IMG/VR virus record: IMGVR_UViG_3300044712_000123
From: a virus
Lineage: Duplodnaviria > Heunggongvirae > Uroviricota > Caudoviricetes
Strand: one strand, 5' to 3'
DNA length: 64,000 nucleotides
Shown here piece after piece: positions 46,469-55,819 of the stretch (the first letter of the stretch is position 1; each line of letters starts with the position of its first letter). The notes under the pieces are model-generated. The model worked only from the letters and a program-made list of their open reading frames with translations. It was not told the origin of the DNA and did not search any database. A program made the position numbers and the translations under genes.

Positions 46469-46671
46469 TCTTCAACTCCGAAGTGATCTTCAATCCTGTT
46501 AGCAACAATCATTCCTGGACCAGAAAGTTTTGGAGCATCGTATGCGTAGGCAATATCCATACATTCTCTCACAATCAATTCGGCGAACTTTTCTTTACTA
46601 AAAATCAATTCACCGTCATGCTCGACAAGACTTTGTGCGGCAAACTTTTCTAACATTGGTATCTTACTCAT
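46465..46671 (-). CDS. KFAELIV family protein
   Basis: EKFAELIVREC...IEDHFGVEE; 33-bp identity with the neighbouring gene. Confidence 0.75.
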   Translation of the reverse strand: MSKIPMLEKFAAQSLVEHDGELIFSKEKFAELIVRECMDIAYAYDAPKLSGPGMIVANRIEDHFGVEE

Positions 46672-46979
46672 ACATTATTCCTTCCTATGCGGCTGTAGCC
46701 TAACTTTGATTTAATCTCTTTACGGTCCGTTTTCTTTTCTGGTTTCCAGGCTCTTGGATCTACGGTTTCGCCGGTTAGTTCATATCTGTAATCTGGATCG
46801 TAAACCATGTATCCCAACTTGTTCCATTTGATTACTCCCTTATCAAACAGGAAGATACAACCGCGGCACATACAAAAACTGGCACCATTATCGCTCATCA
46901 CATTACCATTTACCGTGCCAGCATACTTGACTACATTGCCCTGGTGCATTTGTTTTACGGCTTCGTGATAGTCAATCAT
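46668..46979 (-). CDS. hypothetical protein
   Basis: coupled ORF. Confidence 0.65.
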   Translation of the reverse strand: MIDYHEAVKQMHQGNVVKYAGTVNGNVMSDNGASFCMCRGCIFLFDKGVIKWNKLGYMVYDPDYRYELTGETVDPRAWKPEKKTDRKEIKSKLGYSRIGRNNV

Positions 46980-47286
46980 TCTTTACCCCCAATAATTCTT
47001 TAACTAGGGTCTTTTTATCTTCTGTAGTCATACCGACTTCGAACCTCTCACGCATAACTTTCAACACAGCCAAAGCACCGTTGACACTTTTCATAACTTC
47101 TTCCTCTGATTGACCTTGTCGGAATCCAGATTCGGCAAGTTCGTTGGCAGTTTGCTTGACTACATCCGAAAACTCAATAACCATCAACTCGGCAAATCTT
47201 TCCATTTCCGGTGATACATGGTCTTCAATAGGGAGAGGGACATAACCGTATGCTCTAACAAATAGTTCTTGAATTCGTTTGTTCAT
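46972..47286 (-). CDS. KFAELIV-like family protein
   Basis: MNKRIQELF...ERFAELMV. Confidence 0.65.
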   Translation of the reverse strand: MNKRIQELFVRAYGYVPLPIEDHVSPEMERFAELMVIEFSDVVKQTANELAESGFRQGQSEEEVMKSVNGALAVLKVMRERFEVGMTTEDKKTLVKELLGVKND

Positions 47287-47461
47287 TTTAGGCTCCGAAA
47301 GTAAAAACAAAAGGGATAACAATCAGTGCCATTAGGATAACTGTCGCACACACAGCATTGACCACATCGTGAAGGTCGTAATCGTAATATCCAAGCACTT
47401 CAAACTCCTGTTTTGTTACTATGACTATAGTATAGCATCAAAATGATTTATTGTCAACCGA

Positions 47462-47488
47462 CAAAAAAAGCCCAGGAAATCTGGGCTT
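47462..47488 (-). terminator. intrinsic terminator
   Basis: AAGCCCAG-N5-CTGGGCTT followed by a U-tract on the minus strand. Confidence 0.8.
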
Positions 47489-47679
47489 AAATGTAATACT
47501 TTTGTGTTGTGGTATTTGCGGTGTCCTACCCTTGCGTCCAGAACACTTTTCTCTTTGCTTCATACAGCAATAACTTTTATTCTCCGTCGGGATGTTTGTC
47601 GTGCCAATCCATTAGCCACCAGATGGCAGCAGTGAATACAACAGCGATAAAGATCCATACAAAGAACATAGTGTATTAT

Positions 47680-48681
47680 TTATGATTTCAGCTTCAATAG
47701 CAAGAGTTTTCGGTAAATATCAATCAGTTCTTGGTTGAGTACTTGCCCAGTTGTATCATAGATGTCCAAAACTTCTCTCACTGTGCCAGGGTAATTGTTG
47801 AAATCAAAAACTAGTTCCTTGACCCTGTTCTGATTGTGTAGTATCTTATCCTTTACTTTGTCGTATAGTTTAGGTAGCTGATCTAATGGAGTCTTTGATA
47901 ACTCTGTAAAGTTAGACGCAAGTTTTTCACAACGGCTAAAGTAGTTATGTTTACTCACAGTGTCGAACGAGTAGTCAAATATTTCCGAGTAGTGTTCAAA
48001 GCCTAGCTTAGTTAACAATTGTGAGTTTGAGTCAGCACCTAGAACTAAGAATGGCTTACCTAATATCAACGGTGTTGCTGTCTTTTCTGATATCTCGATT
48101 ACCTCTAAAGATGTTTCTGCTACTAACTGTGCAAAGGATTGAGAGTACTCGTCTGGCATACAGTACTGTTCAAAATTACTTGAGAAGTTGTCAGTTAGTG
48201 ACATAATTCTCCCATCAAAGTATCTCCAGTTATAATTTGTATGCTCATGCCAAGATACTGCATTTCCTTGTAGAAGATTGTACTTTGCTAGTGTATCTAT
48301 CATCACACAACGATGTCGTTTAGCCCTATGATTCATTGATACAAAATGATATTTGTATTCAAGTGATTGTTCTTGTGGTTGTATTTTTAGATAAGTCTTA
48401 ATTAACCAATAGATATCCCAAAAAGTTCTATCTACGTTTGGATGTGACGGTTCTTTGATTACAAACGATGATAGTCCCACTAAGACCTCTAGCTTCTTTT
48501 CTTTAGACGAAACAGCACTCAACAATTGTTGATATTGTTGAGGCATGTCCCAATACAAGAAATCGTTCAAGCAGAAATAGAATATCCTATCAAAGTCTTC
48601 ATTTGAAGCCTTCTCAGCGAGGCGTGTTAACTCTTCCGGATCACGCAACACATCCCATATCTCTATCGAAAGGTTGTTCAT
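47680..48681 (-). CDS. glycosyltransferase-like protein (ET...SEKT..P...KPF family)
   Basis: LVAET, ISEKTATPLILGKPF, LGFEHYSEIFDYSFD; same domain in the 55820 and 61489 genes. Confidence 0.6.
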   Translation of the reverse strand: MNNLSIEIWDVLRDPEELTRLAEKASNEDFDRIFYFCLNDFLYWDMPQQYQQLLSAVSSKEKKLEVLVGLSSFVIKEPSHPNVDRTFWDIYWLIKTYLKIQPQEQSLEYKYHFVSMNHRAKRHRCVMIDTLAKYNLLQGNAVSWHEHTNYNWRYFDGRIMSLTDNFSSNFEQYCMPDEYSQSFAQLVAETSLEVIEISEKTATPLILGKPFLVLGADSNSQLLTKLGFEHYSEIFDYSFDTVSKHNYFSRCEKLASNFTELSKTPLDQLPKLYDKVKDKILHNQNRVKELVFDFNNYPGTVREVLDIYDTTGQVLNQELIDIYRKLLLLKLKS

Positions 48682-51600
48682 TTATAGTATGAATCAAATT
48701 TGTTTCGCAACCATTCCCATTCATAACTCAACTTCAACTTTTCAAAGTCTCCATTAACTGATTCATAGTACTCAATCGCATGTTGTGCTCCGTCGGTGCT
48801 GTATTCGTTGAACTTGCCCATACCAACTGTGAGCCACATCTCTAAACGATTCTTACTTACATCGTCTGTGTTCGCACGTAATTTTAGTGCTTCACGGAAA
48901 CTAGTACGCCACGTTGACCATGCATCTGTGTTGAAGTTCGCAGTGCCTGACAACAACTCAACAATCTCATGTTCGTCATCCATCGTAAAGTCAAGACCCT
49001 TACCTTCGTTAGCGAGTGTTAGTTTCTTGTTGTACGCAATCATTGCTTGGTGACCATAGACTAATCCATTCACAGGATTCTTAGCATGAAATACATAATG
49101 CTTAGGAAGCTGTAGTCTATCTGGTTGCCAGTTCCAATCGAACTTGTTACTGACTTTTAACTTAGCAAAGACTGTGAACATCCAAGGTGTCTCACTTGCT
49201 TCTGCCGCAGCATGATAAGCAGCTACACGACCATTGACACCATCAACACGTGTAACACGATTGGCTAAGCCATGTGTTGTTCTTAACAAGTGTTCATAGT
49301 TCTCGTCTGCTCCTGTCTCACCGTTAGACAAGAAAACGATGTCCATTGGCTTAGACAATGCTAGCTTACTGTTAGTGATGATGTATGGATAGTCATACAA
49401 TTCACGCTTAACTTGTTCTTTAGCTTCTTTAGGAATTGTGATGCGAGTACCACCTGTGCTAGTGATGATAATGTTCTTTGTCTCTGGACTCCATAGACTC
49501 ATAGGCTCAGTATCAATCACTTGAATATCTTTGTCAGTGCTAGACACAAAAGTAGCATAAGGGAAATCAAAGTCTGCATCGATAGATGAAACGTGAGTAT
49601 CACCTTCAGTCACGATAACAGGCGCACTTAAACGTTTTGCACGTTGGTGTTGATTGTAGTTAATCTTTTCATAGTCACCTAATGCTTCCATGTCAGTAAT
49701 CAACTCACGCAACTTGTTCACGTTCACTAAGAATGTGTCGCCAAACTTTTGCTTATCGCTAGGGAACACATGTAGTTGTTCACGTGCGAATGGATCGCAA
49801 ATATATGTGAAGTCAAAGTTAAAGTATTCGCATACAGTACTGAGTACCCAGACGTAGTGTTCTTTTTTGTTAGGTAACTTAGCAACCATATTCTTGAACG
49901 TATTCAAGTAACTATCTTCGTACTTAACAATCAATCGTCCTTCACATTCAATATCGTTGTAATCACTAGCTGTCAAGTTGCCATGATCGATGTATACAAT
50001 ATCATACAACACATTGGTTGCAGTTGCTCTGCGATCCTTAACAAAATTTAAGTTGCTCAAATGTTCGATGATCTTGATGTGCTTAGTATCTTCTGCAAAC
50101 GTTTCACGATTGACCATGAACGTTGTTCCCCAATGTGACCACTGAGTACCAAACACTTGAACCATCTTCATCTGCCAAGGGTTAGGATAATAATTGAAGT
50201 CAAAGCCAGTGTAATCTAATTCACTGTTAATGATCCAGCACAAGTTAGTAGAAGCACGGTTGATACAACGATTGATAGTATCGACCCAGCTATTCAAGTA
50301 GCGAGTCTTTTGAATGTCAGGGAACTGTTGCTTCAATTTCTCAAAGCGTTCTTTGACTTCTTCGTTACCTCTATCAACAAAGAACATATCAATCTTTGTC
50401 TTGACTTCCATCTTGCCTTCGACATAGTTAATCTCAGTAAAGCCTTTGTTATAAGATACAGCGTTAACAAAATATGTTTGTGTGTTGATGTTATCTTCTG
50501 AACCAAACGCATGAACATAGTTAGCTTGTTCGATGCTTGGTCTCCAAGCAAAGTCAAAGTTCGAGTAGTCCAAGTCAGGGTTCAATGCCCAGAACAACTC
50601 GGTTGGATGCTGTTTGATTAAGTCCTCAAGTGTTGTTTCAATAAAGTATTGAGAACAAACCAATTCAGTTGATTCTGTTTCAACACGTTCTAAGTTAATC
50701 ATCTCACCGTCATTGCCGGGTACAAGATAACGAGGTCCGTCATTGGGATCAGTAATAGTACCAAATTGATACACATACTTAGGTGCAGTGCTATCTGGAT
50801 GCCACGAGAAGTCAAACGTTGATACATCAACGTCTTTAGGTACAACCCAGTTAGTTCTATCTGGTAATACTCTTGCCTTCTGAACGTCAACAAACTTAAC
50901 ATCAACTGCACCTGGCATCACATATCGTGGGCCACCTGTCTTCTGCCATTGAGTACCGAACTCATAGATATAAGGCTTGTCTTCAACGCCGGGTTGCCAG
51001 CTAAAGTCGAATGATGTTCTATCTACGTTGACTGGGATTTCCCAGTTAGTCATATTAGGTAGCTTTTTAGCTTTCAACACACGTGTATCGATGTATTTGA
51101 TAGGAGACATGTCATCACACTCAGGTGCGATATACTTAGGTCCACCACTAGCTTGCCACTGTGTACCAAACTGATAGATGTATGGATCGTCTTCTGCATA
51201 TGGGTGCCATGAGAAGTCAAATGCTTCCACATCAATGTCATCAGGGATGATCCAGTTCTTGCGATTAGGAGCAGCCTTTGCAGTAGGTTCTTCAATGTAC
51301 TTAACAACTGTAGCACCAGGTACAATGTACTTAGGACCACCACTCAATGCCCACTGTGTACCAAAGACATAGATGTATGGGATGTTCTCTGTGTCATCTG
51401 GGTGCCATGAGTAATCAAAGTCAGCAATTTCAATATTCTCTGGTAGTTTCCAATTACTGTCACTAGGATTATCAATGTATCTTGCTTTTATATCTGACAC
51501 ATACTTAACTTCAGTTGCCCCGTCTACGATGTAACGAGGGCCACCTGTCTTCTGCCATTGAGTACCAAACTGATAGATGTACGCAGGATCTTTGGGGTTA

Positions 51601-53189
51601 GGTTTCCAACTAAAATCAAACTCTGATACATCAATGTTCTTAGGTACTTCCCAGTTTGTCATATCAACTGCTAATGTAGCAACTACATCATTAATGTATT
51701 TGACTTGTTTAGCACCCGGCACACTGTATTCAATCGTAGGCATGATAGTGCCGTCATATTGTTTGTTACCAAAAACATAAACGTATGGTTCTTCAGTAGT
51801 GTCAGGGTGCCATGAGTAATCAAACTCAGCGATCTTATGATTTCCCAAGACTGCAAAATTCTTTTTACTAGGTAGACGAATAGCCTTCAGAATACGTGTA
51901 TCAATATATTTGGTTGCGCTATTCTTATGTACACCCGGTGTTATATAACGAGGACCACCTGTCTTCTGATGTTGTGTACCAAATTGATAAATGTAGGGTT
52001 CATCTTGTGCGTATGGATGCCATGAGAAGTCAAATGCTTCTACATCTATGAACGATGGTATTTCCCAGTTAGTTCTATCTGGAAGTGCCTTAGCAACCAT
52101 GTCTTCAACATACTTGATTTCAGTTGCACCTTCTACTGTGTAAACAGGACCACCGCTTAGTGCCCATTGTGTTGGGAACACATAGATATACGGAGGACTA
52201 GTGGCATCTGGGTGCCATGAGAAGTCAAAGTCTGCAACGTCAATATTAGATGGCAATGTCCAGTTATCGTTTGACACACGATGTTTAACCTTCATCGTAT
52301 CAATGTACTTAACCTCAGTCGCACCTTCGACTATATAACGAGGGCCACCTGTCTTCTGCCATTGAGTGCCGAACTCATAAATGAATGCAGGATCTGCTGG
52401 ACTAGGTTCCCAACTATAGTCAAAGTCAGAATCATCGACATCATTGGGAATTATCCAATTGTCAAGACATGGTAGGCGAGTAGTTCTATCTCCCATGTAT
52501 TTGAACTCTGTTGCACCTTCAGCAACATATTGTACAGATATCTTGTCTTGTGGAATATTCCACTGATTGCCCCAAGCGTAGATAAAAGGTGGGCTAGTAG
52601 GATTAGGTACCCAACTATAGTCAAAGTTTTCGATCTTTTCGAATGTATCGAAGTTCTCTGGCTGTTGTGCTAATATAGCGATGCTGTTCTCAATGAACTT
52701 TTTATCTGTGGCACCCTTAACATGGTACTCAACTGTAGGCATGATCTTGCCTGAATGCCACTGGTTACCCCATACGTATATGTATGGAGGATCCGTTGGA
52801 TCAGGATGCCAGCTAAAGTCGAACTGTAGTTCGTCTATAGGTACTAGCACATTCCAATTAGTATTCTTTTCTTTCTTGCGTATGAGTGGAGTTACATCCG
52901 CACGATAGATAATGAGTGGTTCTTTATTGCTAGTGTTACATAACCAAGTGCCGCTGTCTCGTTGATGCTGACTAGGCCACACATTGATGTGTTCTTCTGT
53001 CCATACATCTTCGTCGGGTAGAAATTCGAAGTCCCAATCCCAATCAAATCCTCGATAGTCACAGAACTCATTGATTACCCAGAAATCAACCGTTGTAGAT
53101 TGACTTCTGGCATCTTCGAAATTTTTAGCAAATTTTTCTCTGGGGTGAACGTTTGGCTTACTGCCGTAATAAAATACATCTCTCAACAT
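48678..53189 (-). CDS. 1503-aa protein with about 11 FD(F/Y)SWxP repeats and C-terminal glycosyltransferase-like domain
   Basis: repeat W..P..ID...FDFSW.P...PYIY.FGTQW...GGP.Y...GA...KY; C-terminal DIVFLSNGE..A..NY, RVDGVNG, NPVNGLVYG, WRTSFRE. Confidence 0.7.
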   Translation of the reverse strand: MLRDVFYYGSKPNVHPREKFAKNFEDARSQSTTVDFWVINEFCDYRGFDWDWDFEFLPDEDVWTEEHINVWPSQHQRDSGTWLCNTSNKEPLIIYRADVTPLIRKKEKNTNWNVLVPIDELQFDFSWHPDPTDPPYIYVWGNQWHSGKIMPTVEYHVKGATDKKFIENSIAILAQQPENFDTFEKIENFDYSWVPNPTSPPFIYAWGNQWNIPQDKISVQYVAEGATEFKYMGDRTTRLPCLDNWIIPNDVDDSDFDYSWEPSPADPAFIYEFGTQWQKTGGPRYIVEGATEVKYIDTMKVKHRVSNDNWTLPSNIDVADFDFSWHPDATSPPYIYVFPTQWALSGGPVYTVEGATEIKYVEDMVAKALPDRTNWEIPSFIDVEAFDFSWHPYAQDEPYIYQFGTQHQKTGGPRYITPGVHKNSATKYIDTRILKAIRLPSKKNFAVLGNHKIAEFDYSWHPDTTEEPYVYVFGNKQYDGTIMPTIEYSVPGAKQVKYINDVVATLAVDMTNWEVPKNIDVSEFDFSWKPNPKDPAYIYQFGTQWQKTGGPRYIVDGATEVKYVSDIKARYIDNPSDSNWKLPENIEIADFDYSWHPDDTENIPYIYVFGTQWALSGGPKYIVPGATVVKYIEEPTAKAAPNRKNWIIPDDIDVEAFDFSWHPYAEDDPYIYQFGTQWQASGGPKYIAPECDDMSPIKYIDTRVLKAKKLPNMTNWEIPVNVDRTSFDFSWQPGVEDKPYIYEFGTQWQKTGGPRYVMPGAVDVKFVDVQKARVLPDRTNWVVPKDVDVSTFDFSWHPDSTAPKYVYQFGTITDPNDGPRYLVPGNDGEMINLERVETESTELVCSQYFIETTLEDLIKQHPTELFWALNPDLDYSNFDFAWRPSIEQANYVHAFGSEDNINTQTYFVNAVSYNKGFTEINYVEGKMEVKTKIDMFFVDRGNEEVKERFEKLKQQFPDIQKTRYLNSWVDTINRCINRASTNLCWIINSELDYTGFDFNYYPNPWQMKMVQVFGTQWSHWGTTFMVNRETFAEDTKHIKIIEHLSNLNFVKDRRATATNVLYDIVYIDHGNLTASDYNDIECEGRLIVKYEDSYLNTFKNMVAKLPNKKEHYVWVLSTVCEYFNFDFTYICDPFAREQLHVFPSDKQKFGDTFLVNVNKLRELITDMEALGDYEKINYNQHQRAKRLSAPVIVTEGDTHVSSIDADFDFPYATFVSSTDKDIQVIDTEPMSLWSPETKNIIITSTGGTRITIPKEAKEQVKRELYDYPYIITNSKLALSKPMDIVFLSNGETGADENYEHLLRTTHGLANRVTRVDGVNGRVAAYHAAAEASETPWMFTVFAKLKVSNKFDWNWQPDRLQLPKHYVFHAKNPVNGLVYGHQAMIAYNKKLTLANEGKGLDFTMDDEHEIVELLSGTANFNTDAWSTWRTSFREALKLRANTDDVSKNRLEMWLTVGMGKFNEYSTDGAQHAIEYYESVNGDFEKLKLSYEWEWLRNKFDSYYK

Positions 53190-53226
53190 GTATCTACTTA
53201 TGACGATTCGTAAGTAGCTTTAGTTT

Positions 53227-53484
53227 TTATAGCATACCTGACGCTCGTGCGATACCAATTACACCCACTAAAATCCAAAACGAATTTAGTAACGTGTATG
53301 CTTTGTCTTTTCTTAGGTGAGCACAATATGCCAACAAGATAGCATCTAGTGTATTAGTTACCCAAACAAACATAAAGGGACTTTCAGGGCCCATCCATGA
53401 TACTAAGGTGAAACTGATAATACGCATTATCACACCAATCATTTCCATTAATGGAATGTTTTTCTTAATATATTCTCTAATCAT
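53227..53484 (-). CDS. small membrane protein
   Basis: three hydrophobic segments. Confidence 0.65.
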   Translation of the reverse strand: MIREYIKKNIPLMEMIGVIMRIISFTLVSWMGPESPFMFVWVTNTLDAILLAYCAHLRKDKAYTLLNSFWILVGVIGIARASGML

Positions 53485-53495
53485 TTTATACTCTC

Positions 53496-54977
53496 TTATG
53501 AAATCACTTTAACATTATACATTTGCTCGAACCTATCAGCATCATCTCTATCGTTGACCATTGGTTCTCCGCGGATATTCAATGATGTATTCAGTAGCAT
53601 TGGGCAACCTGTTTCTTTATACCATGCTTCTAAGAGTTTTCTAATTCCCGAACCATCTTTCGGTACAGTCTGGACACGACTAGTGCCGTCAGCATGAACG
53701 ATAGCAGGAAATAAGTGAGGAAGCCTACAACGAGCGATGACTTGCATATACCTACTGTTATCCCAACCGTGAGGCATATCAAAGTAAGTATCAGCCAGCT
53801 CCTCCAAAATAACAGGTGCAAAGGGTCTGAATTTTTGTCTACGTTTGATTTCATTTACTTTATCCTTAATTTCTGGACCTCTTGGGTCCGCTAATAAACT
53901 TCTATTGCCTAACGCTCTTGGGCCAAACTCAGCCCGGCCACTAGCAACACCGACAATACTGTGACTAAGCAAGCGTCCAATAATGGCATCCACTGGGTAA
54001 GCACCTTCAATATTGTGGCCCAGAAAACTATCACGCCAATTAAGCCTGCCACCGTAGCCCAACGCGGCGGCGCCCAAGCTATTACCAGCGTCACCAGGAT
54101 TAGGCATAATCCATATGTTATCAAAAAATGCTCCTAAGAATCTGTTAGCTGAACAGTTAAGTGCAACACCACCACCATAGACTAAGTTCTTGCTCTTGCC
54201 GATCTTGCTTGCTCTTTTCATTACTTGTGCAATCAATAGTTCAACAACCTGCTGACTACTTGCAGCAATGTCCATCTCGTCTGCATCTTCTAGAAAGTCT
54301 TTACTTACACCGGTGTGTAAATTCTGCGTGAAATCAATATCTTCTTCACTGTCTAACAATACTTCACGCATTGTATCTACGTGTTTGTTTTGACCATATG
54401 CGGCCATACCCATTAGAATGTATTCTTCGTCTAATGGACGTAAGCCAACTCGTTCTGTCATTGCTGAATAGAACAAGCCAATTGAGTCGGGGTACTTCTT
54501 AGACCATAGTTTCTTGTACTTGGCTCTGCCGTTGACATACTTTGCATCCCAGATAGTAATCGTATCGAACTCACCGATAGCATCAATCACGACTACAGTT
54601 GCATCATCGTATGGGCTCGTCTGAAACCCTGCAGCAGCATGACTCAAGTGATGATTGTGAGTGGTTACACTAGACACATCCAACTGCTTTAGATATTGTC
54701 TGCCAATGATATTCTTTGCACTAAGATTAAAAATGAATGGCTTCTCACCACTACGCACTTGTCGTAAGAACTTCATCCAAGGACGTTCGTAGTAATGAAC
54801 TTCCCACTTGTCATTAGTGTGTCTAATCGCATCCTCAATCAAATCGTGGCACAATTGTTTATCATGCTTACTCTTGCTATAGCGTTCACTATGACCAGCA
54901 AACAAGATGTTACCTTGGCTATCCACAACACTTACAGCAGCGTCATGGAATCCAGTTGATATACCGATATAGTTCAT
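53496..54977 (-). CDS. carbamoyltransferase (NodU/CmcH/TobZ family)
   Basis: HDAA, HHLSHAA, GGVALNC, EFGPRALGNRS, RPFAP, LLNTSLN. Confidence 0.93.
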   Translation of the reverse strand: MNYIGISTGFHDAAVSVVDSQGNILFAGHSERYSKSKHDKQLCHDLIEDAIRHTNDKWEVHYYERPWMKFLRQVRSGEKPFIFNLSAKNIIGRQYLKQLDVSSVTTHNHHLSHAAAGFQTSPYDDATVVVIDAIGEFDTITIWDAKYVNGRAKYKKLWSKKYPDSIGLFYSAMTERVGLRPLDEEYILMGMAAYGQNKHVDTMREVLLDSEEDIDFTQNLHTGVSKDFLEDADEMDIAASSQQVVELLIAQVMKRASKIGKSKNLVYGGGVALNCSANRFLGAFFDNIWIMPNPGDAGNSLGAAALGYGGRLNWRDSFLGHNIEGAYPVDAIIGRLLSHSIVGVASGRAEFGPRALGNRSLLADPRGPEIKDKVNEIKRRQKFRPFAPVILEELADTYFDMPHGWDNSRYMQVIARCRLPHLFPAIVHADGTSRVQTVPKDGSGIRKLLEAWYKETGCPMLLNTSLNIRGEPMVNDRDDADRFEQMYNVKVIS

Positions 54978-55072
54978 TTGTAGATAAAAGGATCACGTTT
55001 ACGTAGTTCTTTGATGCGTTTACGGTACTTGTACTCACGTACAAGGTTCTTGAAAAATCTGATTAGAAACAT
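54974..55072 (-). CDS. 32-aa basic peptide (RKRDPFIY)
   Basis: MFLIRFFKNLVREYKYRKRIKELRKRDPFIYK overlaps both neighbours. Confidence 0.6.
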   Translation of the reverse strand: MFLIRFFKNLVREYKYRKRIKELRKRDPFIYK

Positions 55073-55818
55073 TTGTTTTCCTGTATAAAGTTGTATAGTT
55101 CTTCTGCAAAAATCTGATGGGGTTTCTCACCATGATGCCAGTATTTGGCTTTGTCATTAGTGTATCCCAAGGCTTTATACTTTGGGTAAAACGCCTCAGA
55201 TGCATTGTGTACACCGTAATATTTAGTGTAGTCGATTAAACTAAGATAAAAACCAAGGTGGTCATCTACTCTTTCATACACTGGCATTGCGTTACACATT
55301 ACATACTTAACGTTCTTTGATTTAAAAAAGTATTCCATCTGTAGTATGTAATTTAATGACATGATTTCCATAAACTTCTCATTCTCTACGATGAACTTAT
55401 GGCACTTTTTAGTCAACTCAACTTCACCCGGAGTCCATGGATCACCCTCCCAACCAAGTGTTAATCGATAGAATCGTTTAGCAGTTATGTCTAGCCAATT
55501 AACATGGTCGCATTCAGGCAAATACACATCACGATCTACTGGGATTTCCATTCGTGTACTATCAGTCCATGCAATCAATACTACCACTTCCATTGATTCA
55601 GGATCGTAGTTTGCTTCAAACCATTTAAGAACTGTACGAGCGATACCACTATTGCTGTTGCCGGCAATAGCTAAGTTTACAGGAAGATATTCCATCTTCT
55701 GAGATAATAGGCTACCAAAGCAATGATGACGATTGAATTCTGAGTCAGGGGTGCCGTCAATCTCACTACCTGCTGCATGACTGCATCCTGCAATCAACAT
55801 AATCTTTTGTTTTTCCAT
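55063..55818 (-). CDS. SGNH/GDSL-hydrolase-like protein
   Basis: AGCSHAAG, NLAIAGNSN, WTDSTR, HHGEKPH. Confidence 0.7.
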   Translation of the reverse strand: MEKQKIMLIAGCSHAAGSEIDGTPDSEFNRHHCFGSLLSQKMEYLPVNLAIAGNSNSGIARTVLKWFEANYDPESMEVVVLIAWTDSTRMEIPVDRDVYLPECDHVNWLDITAKRFYRLTLGWEGDPWTPGEVELTKKCHKFIVENEKFMEIMSLNYILQMEYFFKSKNVKYVMCNAMPVYERVDDHLGFYLSLIDYTKYYGVHNASEAFYPKYKALGYTNDKAKYWHHGEKPHQIFAEELYNFIQENKCF

Positions 55819-55819
55819 C

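Larger units (their letters stand above)
789..47457 (-). promoter_or_regulatory. family of about 23 near-consensus sigma70-type early promoters (TTGACA, often TTGACAATAAA, N17, TATAAT-like)
   Basis: Copies at approx. 789-817, 2557-2585, 2810-2838, 3247-3275, 6022-6050, 8168-8196, 10043-10071, 10824-10852, 11132-11160, 11481-11509, 12105-12133, 15436-15464, 15667-15695, 16516-16544, 16787-16815, 17099-17127, 21064-21092, 36910-36938, 38569-38597, 38944-38972, 39414-39442, 40845-40873, 47429-47457; each precedes an SD and an ORF. Confidence 0.9.
22979..53201 (-). promoter_or_regulatory. T4 gp55-like late promoters (ATAAATA/ATAAGTA)
   Basis: Copies at 22979, 24554, 25875, 27243, 28585, 29553, 44242, 46164 and 53195, in front of packaging, structural, lysis and modification genes. 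Confidence 0.75.

Noticed and set aside
789-47457. Repeated TTTATTGTCAA-containing units as a CRISPR array or integron attC sites
   Set aside because: They are dispersed with gene-sized spacing, non-palindromic and fully explained as -35/N17/-10 promoters; no cas or integrase gene is in the window.
50800-52830. DNA repeats as a diversity-generating retroelement or guide array
   Set aside because: They are in-frame coding repeats of the 1503-aa protein; no reverse transcriptase is present and I saw no adenine-specific mismatch pattern.
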